Assembly: GCA_013239625.1 (NCBI GenBank) | Contig: MU054220.1 | Span: 2,107,374-2,171,373 of the forward strand | Reading direction: 5' to 3' | Source: Lama guanicoe | Taxonomy: Eukaryota | DNA length: 64,000 nucleotides | Part shown: piece by piece, positions 1-15,672 of the stretch | How positions within the stretch are numbered: position 1 is the stretch's first letter | Layout of the letters: each line of letters begins with the position of its first letter | Made by a program: the position numbers and the translations under genes | Notes under the pieces: model-generated | What the model was told of the DNA's origin: nothing | What the model saw: the letters and a program-made list of their open reading frames with translations, nothing else | The model's database searches: none

Positions 1-129
1 ATTTGAGTAAGAAAGGAGCTATGAATTGTACCTCTCAGGTTATGCGTAAAACCCTCCTTCACTTAACATGAAGATTCTTAAACTTCACGGTAAAAGGTCC
101 CTCAGAGAGATTCACTTCCGTGATGTTAA

Positions 130-310
130 TAAAGAGCTGTCATTTATGACTACGTATCAGACCCAAGGCTAAGGGCTTTCTGTATGTGATCTCTTTTATT
201 CATATAGGCACCCACCCTGTTATTGTCCTCATTTTACAGATGATAAAACTGAGGCTTAAACAATTTAAATAATTTGTCCAGGATCACACAACTAGAAACT
301 GGAAACAGGG
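130..310. mobile_element. MIR SINE (representative; similar cores near 1400-1610, 10950-11180, 12050-12220, 14900-15110, 23870-24010, 33000-33130, 40950-41210, 50160-50360, 53550-53760)
   Basis: MIR core CATTTTACAGATGA..AAACTGAGGCT. Confidence 0.7.
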
Positions 311-388
311 CATGAGCTTCAGTTTGCTTTACTCCAAATCCTCTTCATGGCTAGGGTGACTGTCCTTTTTCCTTCTCTCCTGACCTGA

Positions 389-622
<234 letters not shown>

Positions 623-698
623 TAAGAGTCTGGGGGCTCCCTGTTCCCTCTGGCACAGCCCCTTCCCTGTCTCTACAGTGCTTTCTCTTTGGTTATAA

Positions 699-1034
<336 letters not shown>

Positions 1035-1062
1035 TAAGGCAAGAGCCAGTGTGCTCTCTTGA

Positions 1063-1245
<183 letters not shown>

Positions 1246-1876
1246 TGAGAGCGGCTCTGTGGCTCTGGGCGGCAGGTTGGGCTGGCTCAGCAGGGACTAT
1301 AGACGGGATGAAGTGGGCAATGGAGAGCAAGCGTGCTTCACAGGAGTACCAAGACTGCCCTCCCTGGGGCTCGTCCCTTGTGACTTCTTTCATGGTGGCA
1401 GTATAGTGTAGAAGTTAAAAGCATGAGCCTTAGAATTAGAAATCCGGGATTCAAATGTCTTCACCATTTGTTAGCTGCATCTGTCTTTTTGGGTCCAGTA
1501 TTTAACCTCCTCAATCCTCAGTCCTCAGCTTTCTTACCTGTAAAATGGAGGTGACAGTGAAAATACATGCCGCATGGTCCTTGTGAGAATTAAATAGAAA
1601 ATGCTTAGAAAGTACTTTTTTTAACTGTAAGAAACATAACGTTAAATTTAACATCTTAATGATTTTTCAGTATACAGTTCAGTAGTGTTAAGTGTATTTA
1701 TATCATTGTCAAATAGATCTCCAGAACTATTTCATTTTGCAAATCTAAATATACTTTATTAAACAACAACTCCCTTTTGTTCATATAAAAAACTTTTCAC
1801 AGTGTTTGGCATATTATAAGTGCTCACAGAATACAGGAGCTGTGAAAATAACCAGGTAGTATTCTTCCTTGCCCAG

Positions 1877-2039
1877 GTTCATGTACTGGACAGACTGGGG
1901 GGAGAATGCCAAATTAGAACGGTCTGGAATGGATGGCTCAGACCGTACTGTCCTCATTAACAACAACCTAGGGTGGCCCAATGGACTGACTGTGGATAAG
2001 GCCAGCTCCCAACTGCTCTGGGCTGATGCCCACACTGAG
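1877..2039 (+). CDS. LRP4: LRP4 exon 26 equivalent
   Basis: ccag|GTTCATGTACTGG...ACTGAG|gtgagg; [54 protein letters not shown]. Confidence 0.96.
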
Positions 2040-2043
2040 GTGA

Positions 2044-2421
<378 letters not shown>

Positions 2422-2506
2422 TGACTTTCTGGGCATATCTCAACATTTGAGATATATCCAGAGGACAGAGAGTCCTTTACAACCTGGGAGGCAGGGGCCT
2501 GCCTAA

Positions 2507-3067
<561 letters not shown>

Positions 3068-3945
3068 TGAAACCTCCAGAGGGCACAGACCTGCTTCCGA
3101 TCTCTGATGGGTGAGGGTATGGTCTGTCTTGACCTCTAAACAGACTGAGTGAGTCGACGACTTGGATAGTGAGTTCAGACAGTGACGCTTGCTTTGTAGT
3201 GTTATCAGTTATAGCAAAGTCTCAAACTTTTGCTTTTTGGTTTATTTAAAGATTAATAGAAGCCCAGTATGCAAAACAAACTAACAGATAAAGTCAGGCT
3301 AGGGCCCTGGAACCTTCTATCCCTACCATTGGGCCCTGCAGGAGCTCCAAGGATCTTCTAAGACTTGTTGATGAGTTGGCCATGTAGCTAAACCATGTAT
3401 CTGAATTATAATACAGGAACACTGGCCAAATGCCGAGGCTTATGGTTGTTCACAAGGTTGTACTGGGTTTTGCTTTTTAAATATTTTTTCTCTTACTTGA
3501 ATTTTTATTCTTCCTTCAATATTTTACCCCAAAGCAGCTGAGGAGTATGAAGTCCTGCCGCCAGTTAGAAGGTTTCACTGTGGCAGAGATTCTCATGTGG
3601 AAGAACAGGAGTGTTCCCTTCTGTTCTCCCTGAGGGTGTATTAGAATCTTGTGCTGGGAGCTGGCACGCATATGTGGTTTAGAGAAGCCCCCCTGTGTCT
3701 GTGACATGCGCCCCATCCTGAGGTTGAATTCCCTGGTGTAGGACTTATATAAAAATGCACAGATAGATTTTGAAAAATCTGCCCTTTCTTATAATCACCA
3801 CCTACCAATCTTTGTCTCTGCCTTAAGGTATTTGGGGTTTCGTAACCTGACCTCTGGCAAGACGTGGGCCCAAATGCCCCCTACTTATAGCAGGAAACAC
3901 TCTGACCTCCCAATAATTTATTCATTAATTCTGTAAATATTTTGA

Positions 3946-4314
<369 letters not shown>

Positions 4315-4386
4315 TGAGTTTGGTGCCAGCAGAAAAGAGACCCAGGGAAGAAAGGCCTGGTGAAGAGGCCCTTGAAAGATGCCTAG

Positions 4387-4680
<294 letters not shown>

Positions 4681-5216
4681 TAGTGAAAACAAAAAGGTAG
4701 AAAGCTCCTTGGCAAGTGAGGATGAGCAAGCAGAGAGAAGGATGAAGGAACATATTCTTGGAACAGGGTTGCTGAATCCAGCACTTAACTCTCAGGTGGG
4801 TTTTGTTCATCTGGCTTACACGGTTTTCACTTGAGTGCCTTTAGCAGAGCATATTCTCTGGCTGCACCACAGATCCCACTATCGTCCCATCCATTTAAGG
4901 GCTGATTTTTCACATTTGTTACTCTCCTGATCCTATCAGGTACTGGAATTTTCAACTCCTGGTCTAGATTAAAAATCCTGGAGGGCAGGAGAAGAGGGAG
5001 GAAGGGGCTCTGAAACAGTTGATTCCCCTTTCCACTCTCAGAAGTAGGGAAGGGAATCAAAGTAACCTGGAGAGTTGGACTAATAAGAGAAATGCCCTCT
5101 TCCTTTAACTTCACTGAGCTGTTCGTAGACTGAGTCTCCTCTTGAAGGATGTTCATAAGAATTTGGGCTTAAATTCCTGGGTAGGAGTCAAAGAGTGATC
5201 GAATTGCTGAAAATGT

Positions 5217-5350
5217 GGGGAGGGTACAGGTCAGTGGTAGAGCTCATGCTTAGCATGCACAAGATCCTGGGTTCGATCCCCAGTACTTCAATTAAAATAA
5301 ATAAGTAAATAAATAAACCTAATTACCTCCCCACCAAAAAAACAAGCAAA
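5217..5350 (+). mobile_element. tRNA-derived SINE (camelid-type)
   Basis: A-box-like TCAGTGGTAGAG, B-box GGTTCGATCCC, A-rich tail; imperfect TSD AATT(G/C)CTGAAAATG on both sides. Confidence 0.85.
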
Positions 5351-5472
5351 AATTCCTGAAAATGAGACTAGGTGGTAGCTCCTCTGAGGTCACTAGACTT
5401 TCTACGCCTCCCCAGAACAGCCCTGGCCTCCCCACTTATGAATCACCAACCAAATTTCGCTCTTCAGCTTAG

Positions 5473-5763
<291 letters not shown>

Positions 5764-7264
5764 TGATGGGTGTTTCCTTGGGGTTCTGCATCAGCAGCCT
5801 CAGCCCTCGGTGCTACTGAACAGGTGTGCTATGAAAGCTCATTATAGGGGTGATTCTTATACACCGAAACCTTGCCACCACGTGCCCTGCTGCTCCTGAC
5901 CCACACGCCTGTGTCCTAACATTCAAAGGAGTGGATCTCAAACAGCAGTGTACAGAGTCAGCTGTTGAATTTGTTAATGCACATTCCTGGACCCTGGATA
6001 TAAAGAATCTGCCTCCTGAGGGTTGGGCTGGGAATATGTTATTTTTACAAGTTCCCCGATTGATGCTGTGGTCCCAGCATCCAAGCTCAGGCAGCTCACT
6101 TACAGAGGGTGGAGTGGCTGAGAGCCAGAGTTTTGAGGCACCTAGCCAGTCAGTGAGTGTTTATTGAGTACCTCCAACGTGCCAGCTCTGTGGGTTCAAG
6201 TTCTGCCTGTGTCATTAAGTAACTATGCAATTTTGACAAGATACTGAACTTCTCTAAGCTTCACTTACCTGTGAAATAAATGAGTGTAGTAATAGCATCC
6301 TCCTGAAATTTACGCAAAGCATCAGCACCATACCTGGCACTCAACATATGTTACTTCTAATTATTTTAATTAGTATTGGCTGTCTTTTTTTTTTTAATGA
6401 GTTCTAACCCTGTAAGATAATTCAAGGAAGGAAAAAAGATACACCAAGCCTGGCACCAAAACAAGGATTCTCAATCATTTCAAAATCTTTGTCCCTTTTT
6501 GACAAATATCCACTCTGTCTATATTCTGTATTATATCCTGCCAGACAATAAGTTTTTGTCTGGCTTTACTTAATGATAGGCATTTTTTTCTCATAGTCCA
6601 AATGTAAACTGTAAGATTATATTGAATTATTTTTTTCAATCTACAAGTTTCTCCTGGGGTTTTTGATGTATATATACCCCAGGGATGGGAGGGAACCGCC
6701 TGCATTTCCCATCCCCACTTCTGGTTGAGAATCTCAGGATCGCTGTATTAGAATGCAGCTGCCCACAGAAGTAAGCAGGACTTGGGCCAGGACTCTGAGT
6801 GAAGGGCCCAGGAGAAGAGGGACCTAGAAGGACCTCCCCACAACTCCACAATTTACTCCTATTTTCTAGGTACAGAAACTCATTTATTCATCGAGCCACT
6901 CAGTAAACTGACTAAGGACTAAGTGTTAGTGCTGGAAATAGAGAAATGAGTGAAATATATTCTTGTCCTTGAAGAACTTAATCTGGCAGGACAGACAGAC
7001 ATGCAAACAAATGACCATAGAATGTCAAAGCACACTTGTAGAAGTGAGGACAAGGCACAGAACAGCATAGAGAGAATGGTGAATTCTATATGGAGTGGGG
7101 GAAATTTCCTGGGTAATGTCATATCTGGGGATGCATAGGAGTTGACCTGAATAAGAGAAGAGGACATCGCAGGAGAGGGAACGCATGTGCTGAGACGTGG
7201 AAGCTGTACCAAGGTCTGACTGTTGAGTGATAGTTACTCTTTTGGGGGTTTCCCTATTGAGTAG

Positions 7265-7477
<213 letters not shown>

Positions 7478-7496
7478 TAATAACTGAGACAATTAG

Positions 7497-7733
<237 letters not shown>

Positions 7734-8186
7734 TGATCGGCCCCCTGGAACAGCAGAGCCCTTGGAAGGGCAGGGGACCAGTTGCCTCAGTTTTGTCCTT
7801 CCTGGTGAGATTCCCCCTCAGGGGGTCTTACAGCAGGGTGACCGGGAGAAGTGAGACTGAGCTTTGGAATGGCACAGACCTGGGTTTGTCTGGCTTCTGG
7901 CATTTATTAGAACAGAATTCAGGTCCCCTGATTCCCTAGTCTCTGCTGTGACTTGTGCCTCACTCTCCCTTCCTGACCTTTGTGGGCCAGCTAGCCCATC
8001 CAGAGATGTTAATATGGGAAACCAAATCTTTTTTTATGCACAGTATTAAGAAGGGCCTCTAATGAGGGTGACTAGGATCAGGGCAGCTAAAAGATTGCTT
8101 TGTCAAGTTCTCCAGATGCTACTCTTGCATCATATGTAGATATTTAGGGCCCCAGTGGTCCAGTCCAGCCCTCGTTTTCTCTCCAG

Positions 8187-8322
8187 AGCCTGGCCTGGTG
8201 CCCCCAGCTCCCAGGGTTACCAGCATGAGTGGAAGGAGCCCTATACTACCCAACACGCTACCTACCACCTTCCGTTCTTCTACCACCCGGACCCACACGT
8301 CTCTGGAGGAGGTGGAAGGGAG
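8187..8322 (+). CDS. LRP4: LRP4 exon 34 equivalent (Ser/Thr/Pro-rich stalk)
   Basis: ccag|AGCCTGGC...GGGAG|gtaagt; [46 protein letters not shown]. Confidence 0.93.
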
Positions 8323-9139
8323 GTAAGTGGGTTCAGTATGTGACTGAGGGCTCTTTGATTCAAATCACCATCCCCTGCCAGCAGAAGACTGTAGTCCTAA
8401 CATGAGAATCCTGGCAGATGGGAGGTAGATCACATCATTAGCCACCCGTCTCTGCTATTTGAGACTGGAGGTGATATTTAGACTTGTAGATTGTTGCAAA
8501 TGATTCCCTTTTTAGCTCTGAAGGTAAGTAGCTCTTGGAGCAGCTTTAGAGAGAAATCACTCAGGAGGAATTTCTACATGGCATTCCTCCTCCTTCCTTT
8601 CTTTCTGTGACATTTACTCTCACATAACAGGTTTAGCACATGGTCTTGTCCTACAATTTATTTAGAAGCCACCAAGTCATAGTAGTCTCTGAGCTGTGGC
8701 TTTATGACTTGGGACATCCTCAGGGATGTGGTGGCCTTAGCTTATAATGACCTGTAATACTCAAATACACACACTGTTATTAAATAAGTAAGCATAACCA
8801 TGAATACATGTCAAATTAAGTATAAAATATGGTATTTGATTAAACTGAAGGTGCTTTCAATTTAAGATGCATCCTGATTTGAAACATTAAACTGAAAAAA
8901 TGATCTACAGCAATTGTGAGATGCCATTAAGTGTAAGACACTCCTATTTTAGAGATGTTAGAATGTAGAAAAAATGCACATCTTAAAATTGATGAAATAG
9001 ATGTTATATTCAATTAAGAGAAATGCTTATCAATATGTTTTTATTTATACTTTGCAAAAAATAATCTGGAAATACCAGATAGAAATAAAGAAGAAATAAA
9101 TGTACATATATACCCATATATAATTCCCTTTAATTTAAA

Positions 9140-9590
9140 AAAATTTTTGATGTATGTATATATTGTGAAATTATTACCATAATAAGTCTAGTTAGTTGAT
9201 ATCTATCTTCATACATACATACACATTTTTTTTCCTTGTAGTGAGAACTTGTAAGATCTACTCTCTTAGCAACTTTCAAATATACAATACAGTATTGTTA
9301 ACTGTAGTCAATATGATGTACATTACATCCCCAGGACTTACTTATCTTACTTGACTTATTCACTTGGCATATGCCCTCAAAGTCCACCCATGTTGTTGCA
9401 AATGGCAGTATTTCCTTCTTTTTATGGCTGAATAATATTCCATTGTATACATACACCACATTTTCTTTATCCATTCATCCATTGATGGCCACTTAGGTTG
9501 TTTCCATGTTTCAGCTATTGTAAATCATGCTACATTGAATGCGGTGGTGCAGATGTCTTTTTGAGATAGGGATTTCATTTCCTCCTCTTT
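9140..9590 (-). mobile_element. L1 3'-end fragment
   Basis: Typical antisense L1 3' sequence GCTGAATAATATTCCATTGTATA...CCATTCATCCATTGATGG. Confidence 0.75.
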
Positions 9591-10356
9591 ACTATTTTGA
9601 TGTCTATCTTCCCAAGCATTTTTCCATTAGAACATTTTTCATTGTAATATATTGTTCTCTTTATTTTTAATATCAACTGTACCTTAAAAGATTATGAACA
9701 CTTGATTTCAATTATGAAAGCAGAAACATAGTAATAATTGCAGATAAGAACTCTAGACTCATGTCCCTAAGTTATAAGATTGCACATGATCTCATTATGC
9801 CCCATTTTCTCATTAGAAGCATTTTTATGGAAAAGCAAACAGATGTAAACATGTACATTTCTCACTAACTTTTAAGTACTAACAATCATTATTAATCTGA
9901 TTTTCTTTAGGTTTATTTAGAAAACTTTAAGCCCTATTCAGATATTTTCTTCCTGTCAGAGTTCTACTTGAAGACTCAGTGCATCAGTGCATCTTGGTTT
10001 CAGATGCTTTTGCCAGTAGCTTTTCTCTAGCCTTTTAAGAGATGCCTTTAATTGCAGGCTCATAATGTGCCACAAAGGAGTTACCTTCTTGGCATTTCAA
10101 GTTAGTCATCGGAGCCCTCCCTCTGGATGTCTTGCATATTCCCTTGTGAAAGAATGAATGGAAGAAAAACTGTGTAGATCTAGAGATAATTTTTATCCAG
10201 TCAGAGGTTTGGTTGTTTGGTAGCTTTTTCCAACTCATCCTGGTAGTTTTAAGTCTACTTTTGATGTCCTTAGTATTCTTTTAGCAGACTTTTAGCTTGC
10301 TTCCGAACCAGCTTCTCCTTTTTAAAGAATCCACTTTAAAGAGTTCATATTTTAGT

Positions 10357-10517
10357 GGGGGAGGGTATAGCTCAGAGGTAGAGATAGCATGCACGAGGTC
10401 CTGGGTTCAATCCCCAGTACCTCTTCTAAAAATAAATATACCTAATTACTACCACCACCTCTGCCAAAAATAAAATAATTAAATAATACAATAATAAGTA
10501 AATAATATATTTTTTTA
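10357..10517 (+). mobile_element. tRNA-derived SINE, same family
   Basis: GGGGAGGGTATAGCTCAG...GGTTCAATCCCCAGTAC...A-rich tail; TSD AAAGAGT(T/A)CATATTTTA. Confidence 0.85.
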
Positions 10518-10736
10518 GAAAGAGTACATATTTTAAAGCACATTTAAACATAGGATAGTATCTTGGAGACAGTGACTCACATTGATTTCTCTGTAATTCC
10601 TGGTCTTGCCCTCTCCTTGCTTCTGACATCTCCCATCTGGTATAGTGTTATATCTGAAAGCCCCCCTTTCCTGGAGAAAGGCAAAATCTTTATTGAATAC
10701 AAGTAGCCTTCACATTCAGTTTTCTCTGCTCCACAG

Positions 10737-10804
10737 ATGCTCTGAAAAGGATGCCCAGCTGGGCCTCTGTGCACATTCCAATGAGGCCATACCTGCTACT
10801 CCCG
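10737..10804 (+). CDS. LRP4: LRP4 exon 35 equivalent
   Basis: acag|ATGCTCTGAA...CCCG|gtaagc; [23 protein letters not shown]. Confidence 0.93.
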
Positions 10805-11266
10805 GTAAGCCCTCAGTGTCCAACTATTTTGAAAAACAAGATGTAAGGACTCTAAGTCTCCACTGATATCTTCCAGAACCTTCATGGGGACCCTTTGGGG
10901 TCAATGAACCCTTTTCTTAGACTAAACCCATAGGAAGAATAACCATAACTGCTGCCACTTATGGAGGGCTTTCCATGTGCTGGGCAATTGTTAAGCAGTA
11001 TTTATGTGCACACACACACGCATGCATATATGTACATGTATTTGTATATATACACACAACTTTAACCTCCACCAGCCCTATGAGCAATTTATTATTTACA
11101 TGTAACTGATGAGAAAACATAGGCTTAGAAGTTAGGCATCTTGCCTTAAGCTACTCAGCTAGTAAGGAGTGGAACTGGGAGTAGAGATGCTAACAGAGTG
11201 ATAGATTTCTTCTCAGCCCCATACCCCCACGTCCTGTGGCCTCTCCTCTGAGAAGGAGGCCCCTAG

Positions 11267-11473
<207 letters not shown>

Positions 11474-12228
11474 TAACTTCAGCTCCCGTTACATCTGGGA
11501 TCTCCTGAAGCTGACAGCTCACTGATGCAACATCTGACCAGCCGTGTTTCAAAGTTGGGTCCCCTGGTCAAAGCAGCAGAAGGGAAGAGCAGGAACCTAA
11601 ATGTGTCCTCTTCTTCCCCAAACACAGCCCAGGCAGTTTCCTCATTTCACAACCACAGCAACCCTTGGGATTTTCTTTGTAGACTAGGGTTCTGAGGACA
11701 CAGAGGGTGTTACCCAAGGTCATACAGTAGGAGGCAAAGCTGGCACTGACTCTAGCATCTTTGCATTTTCCACCAGCCCACACCACCTCAAACCACTGAA
11801 GCTGGAAATGATTTTCTCATCACACAAACACAACCCTTTACTACAATATTGGGTGATAAATCATTGCTCAGTAGGTATCATCCTGGGAATCTGTAGTTTT
11901 CTACTTAGAATCTTCTTTTTATGACTTTCTTTCTATACATTTTCCCCTACATCCTTTAAATGCAGCTCACAGCAAAAATGTTTGGATTTTGCTGCTGCAG
12001 CTCCTGCAGCTCCTGCTAACAACAACAGCAGCAGCCATAGTAACCACTGCCATTTAATGACTATGTATCCATGCCACAACCACCTTGTGAGACAGGTATT
12101 ATTATTCCTCACCTTACAGATGAGGATCTCTCAGCTCAGAAAGTTTAGATTATGTCGACCAACATCCCAGCTAGTAAGTAACAGAAGTGGATTTCAAACA
12201 GGTCTGTCTTGACTCTAAAGTGAAACGG

Positions 12229-12757
12229 TGTATTCATTATCTGTTACTGTATATCAAATTACCCCAAAACTTAGCAACTTAAAATGATAACCACTTATTA
12301 TCTCACAGTTTCTGTGGGTTAGAAATCTGGATACAGCTTAACTGGTACCTCTGCCTCACAGTGTCTCACAAGGCAGCAATCCAGGTATTAGCAAGGGTTG
12401 CAGTCTTATCATGAAGCTTGACTGGGGAAGGATTCCCTTCCAAGGACAGAATTCAGTTTCTCTCATGCTGCTGGCTAGAGGCCTCCCTCAACAGTTCCTT
12501 GCCTCATGAGCCTTTCAGCTTTCAACATGGCAGCTTGCTTCCCCCAGTGCAAGAGTAAGAGAAAGGGATGGAGGGAGGGCAAGATAAGATGGAAGTCAAA
12601 AGTTTCCTTATAACCTAATCTGGTATCCATCACTTTTGCATGTCCTACTCGTTTGAAATGAGTCACTAACTCCAGCCCACACTCAAGGGGAAAAGATTGA
12701 GAAGGTGTGAGTACCAGGAGGCAGGGAACACTGGGATCTCTTAGAGGCTGCCTGCCA
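12229..12757 (-). mobile_element. MLT1-type (ERVL-MaLR) solo LTR
   Basis: Characteristic AAATTACCCCAAAACTTAG...TTATTATCTCACAGTTTCTGTGGG segment; subfamily not determined. Confidence 0.7.
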
Positions 12758-12833
12758 AACTTGGGTTACAGCTTCCCTAGATATTGTCCCCACAAAGATC
12801 TGAACTAACTTCTCATCTCCTTTCTTCCTAAAG

Positions 12834-12975
12834 ACACAAAAAATCCAAGTTAACTGATCCTGGAATGGGGAACCTGACCTACAGCAACCCTTCCTACCGA
12901 ACTTCCACTCAGGAAGTGAAAATTGAAGCAATCCCCAAACCAGCCATGTACAATCAGCTGTGCTATAAAAAAGAG
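12834..12975 (+). CDS. LRP4: LRP4 exon 37 equivalent (cytoplasmic, NPSY motif)
   Basis: aaag|ACACAAA...AAAGAG|gtaaaa; [47 protein letters not shown]. Confidence 0.96.
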
Positions 12976-15339
12976 GTAAAAATTAAAACTTACATTCAAG
13001 AGTTTCTTTTTGGAGGGGAAGGGATTATGCTTCAGTTGCCTGAATAGATCAGTCAGGATGCTAGGAAATCTGTTTACCATTTTGGAACAGAACTGAATGT
13101 GATTTGAGTTTCTGGAGAGGTCTACAATTTCTGAGCGTCCAGCCTGAGGGTCCCTACTTAGAGCATGGTTAGAAAGCAGACCCCAGAAAGTTTAGATCTG
13201 AAAACATGTGAGTGTGCACCGCCCTGCCAGGAGATATTTTCCCAGGCTCAGGTTTCCTTTCCTCCCGGAGTTGTCATTCCCCAGCAGTGAGGCTGTGCCC
13301 CTCTAAAACAATCCCAAACTCCTAGATAACACCCAAGACACCCAAGGGCTCCTGAACTCTCCCATTTCTAATCTCTGATCCAGGTTGTTGGCACCTGTGG
13401 TTGGGAATAGCTGGTTTTTCACTATTCTTCTTATCACAGAGTCTATAGGGATGTCTCTAAAATTCTCAAGGTTTATATGCTCCCTTTCTTTTAATTTCTT
13501 TGTTGCTTCAGGGAAAAATTATTTGCTGAATGTTTAGACATGAAAAATAGTCCCATTTCCACTAGGGAATATAGCCTGGGACTTCTGATTTACCTAGTCT
13601 CATAGGACCCCTGTTTTTTCTAAAATCCTATACCCCTTCATCAGAAACTATCCCTATGAGACCTAATCCATTTACTCTCTTGGCCTTCTAGCACATCATA
13701 ATCTGCCCTCATACCTACAGGCCTCCCATGCATAATGAATACACCTTACATAATAATCATGTGCTTTCTGGATCCATTAATTCCCTGATTTAAAAAGCCC
13801 CTGCTACAAGCCAAAACAAAACCTGCAGGGATAGCTTGCAGATTTAGGGATGGTGGACCCCTTCTCTATTCATATCTTTGAGAAAAAGACTCTGGAAGCT
13901 TCTGGAGTTCCTGAAGTGTCTGATGCCCCAGAAAAGGATCCCAATAAGGGCCCTAGGTTAGAAATTAAAATCATGTGACTCTTTTCTCCTGTTATATGCT
14001 TTTTCCTCAGCAGCTCTTTCACCCCTCTGATAGTCTTTCACCCTTTCTCTTCTGATTTCCTCTTGATTGCAGGTACCTGTTGCTGTGTGTTTGTAGAGGG
14101 AGTGATATCCCCAAAATTGCCAGTTCCATGTCACCCACCCCTTCCTAACTTACCCAGCGTGTCTCTGTGATGAAGGCACTGAGTGGCCCGCATTTTATCT
14201 GAGACTAATTCAGCTTGGAGTGTGTGCTTGGTGACTGCACATGCATGTGTGTGCATGTGTGCTTGTGTGCTGTGTCTCTCTTCACTTGATCAAGGGAGCT
14301 GTTACTCGCAGAGGGCAAGGGACCATATTTTATATTGTGTGATCATCAAAGTATCCTGCTTACGGTAGGGGCTCAATAAGTATCTGTGGAGTTGAATTGT
14401 TACTAAAATAGAGCAGCAGTTACAGGGCTCTTGGCAGGAGCACTATCCCAGGGACAGAACCCAAGCCATAGCCCATTTTCTTCTGGCAATGGTGGCATGT
14501 TGGTTGGTAACCTCCAGAAACCAGGAGGAAGGCTACCCTTTGAGGAATCCATAAAGGGAGAAGCCTGAGTAGAACTTAAGGCTGTCCTTGGAACAATCCC
14601 AGGTTGCTTGGCAGTGGCCCCAAGGCTTGAGGGAGCAGAGCCAGAATAACCTCCCACAGAAGCTTATAGGCTACAGGACCCCACTGGATTGACACTTCAA
14701 ACCCAAGTAAGAGGGTCTTCTTGAGCCCTCCTGTCTATCTTCTAAAACTTTTCTTCTTAAGAAAGTTAGAATTAAGAATAAAATAGCACAAAAGGAGCTT
14801 AAAATCCTGAATAAATGCACATTTGATAGATTTTGTCAATTGCTTCTGGTCATGTATATCAGCATGATGTCCCATTAATAAACCCCATTAGCCATGTAAT
14901 AATAGCTAACATGATTTTGTGCATCTTATGAGTCAAGCACCTACTAATTGCGTTTCATGGATCGCCTCATTTAAGCCTCACAGTCATTGGTTATGAAGTA
15001 AGGATACTGTTATTCTCCCCACATGATAGAGGTGAGACTGAGTTTTAGAGACATTCAGTAATTTGTCCCAGGTGATGTAGCCAATTGGAGACTCAGGCAA
15101 GACTTGATGCCATGTTTCTCCCTCCTCCCTGTGTGATAATGGTAGTAATCATCACAGCTCCTCCTTTCCTTTTAGGCTACGCCTCATATATTTGCTATGA
15201 CTGAATTTTCCCATTTGTTTGTGGGATCGTTGCATTCTTTATGCCCACTCTTACCCCATCCACTTCCTGTTTCAGTTCATCATAAGATCCTTTATAGAGA
15301 GCCAACCGAATGACTGTATCTCTCCACTCTCCACCATAG

Positions 15340-15672
<333 letters not shown>

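Noticed and set aside
5217..5290. tRNA gene calls for the SINE heads
   Set aside because: A/B boxes are present, but the copies are diverged, run into A-rich tails and have TSDs: SINEs, not tRNA genes.
15176..15339. Upstream acceptor ccttttag|GCTACG extending the last LRP4 exon
   Set aside because: The frame hits TGA near 15311, before the true acceptor, and there is no independent support; 15340 restores the known C-terminus.
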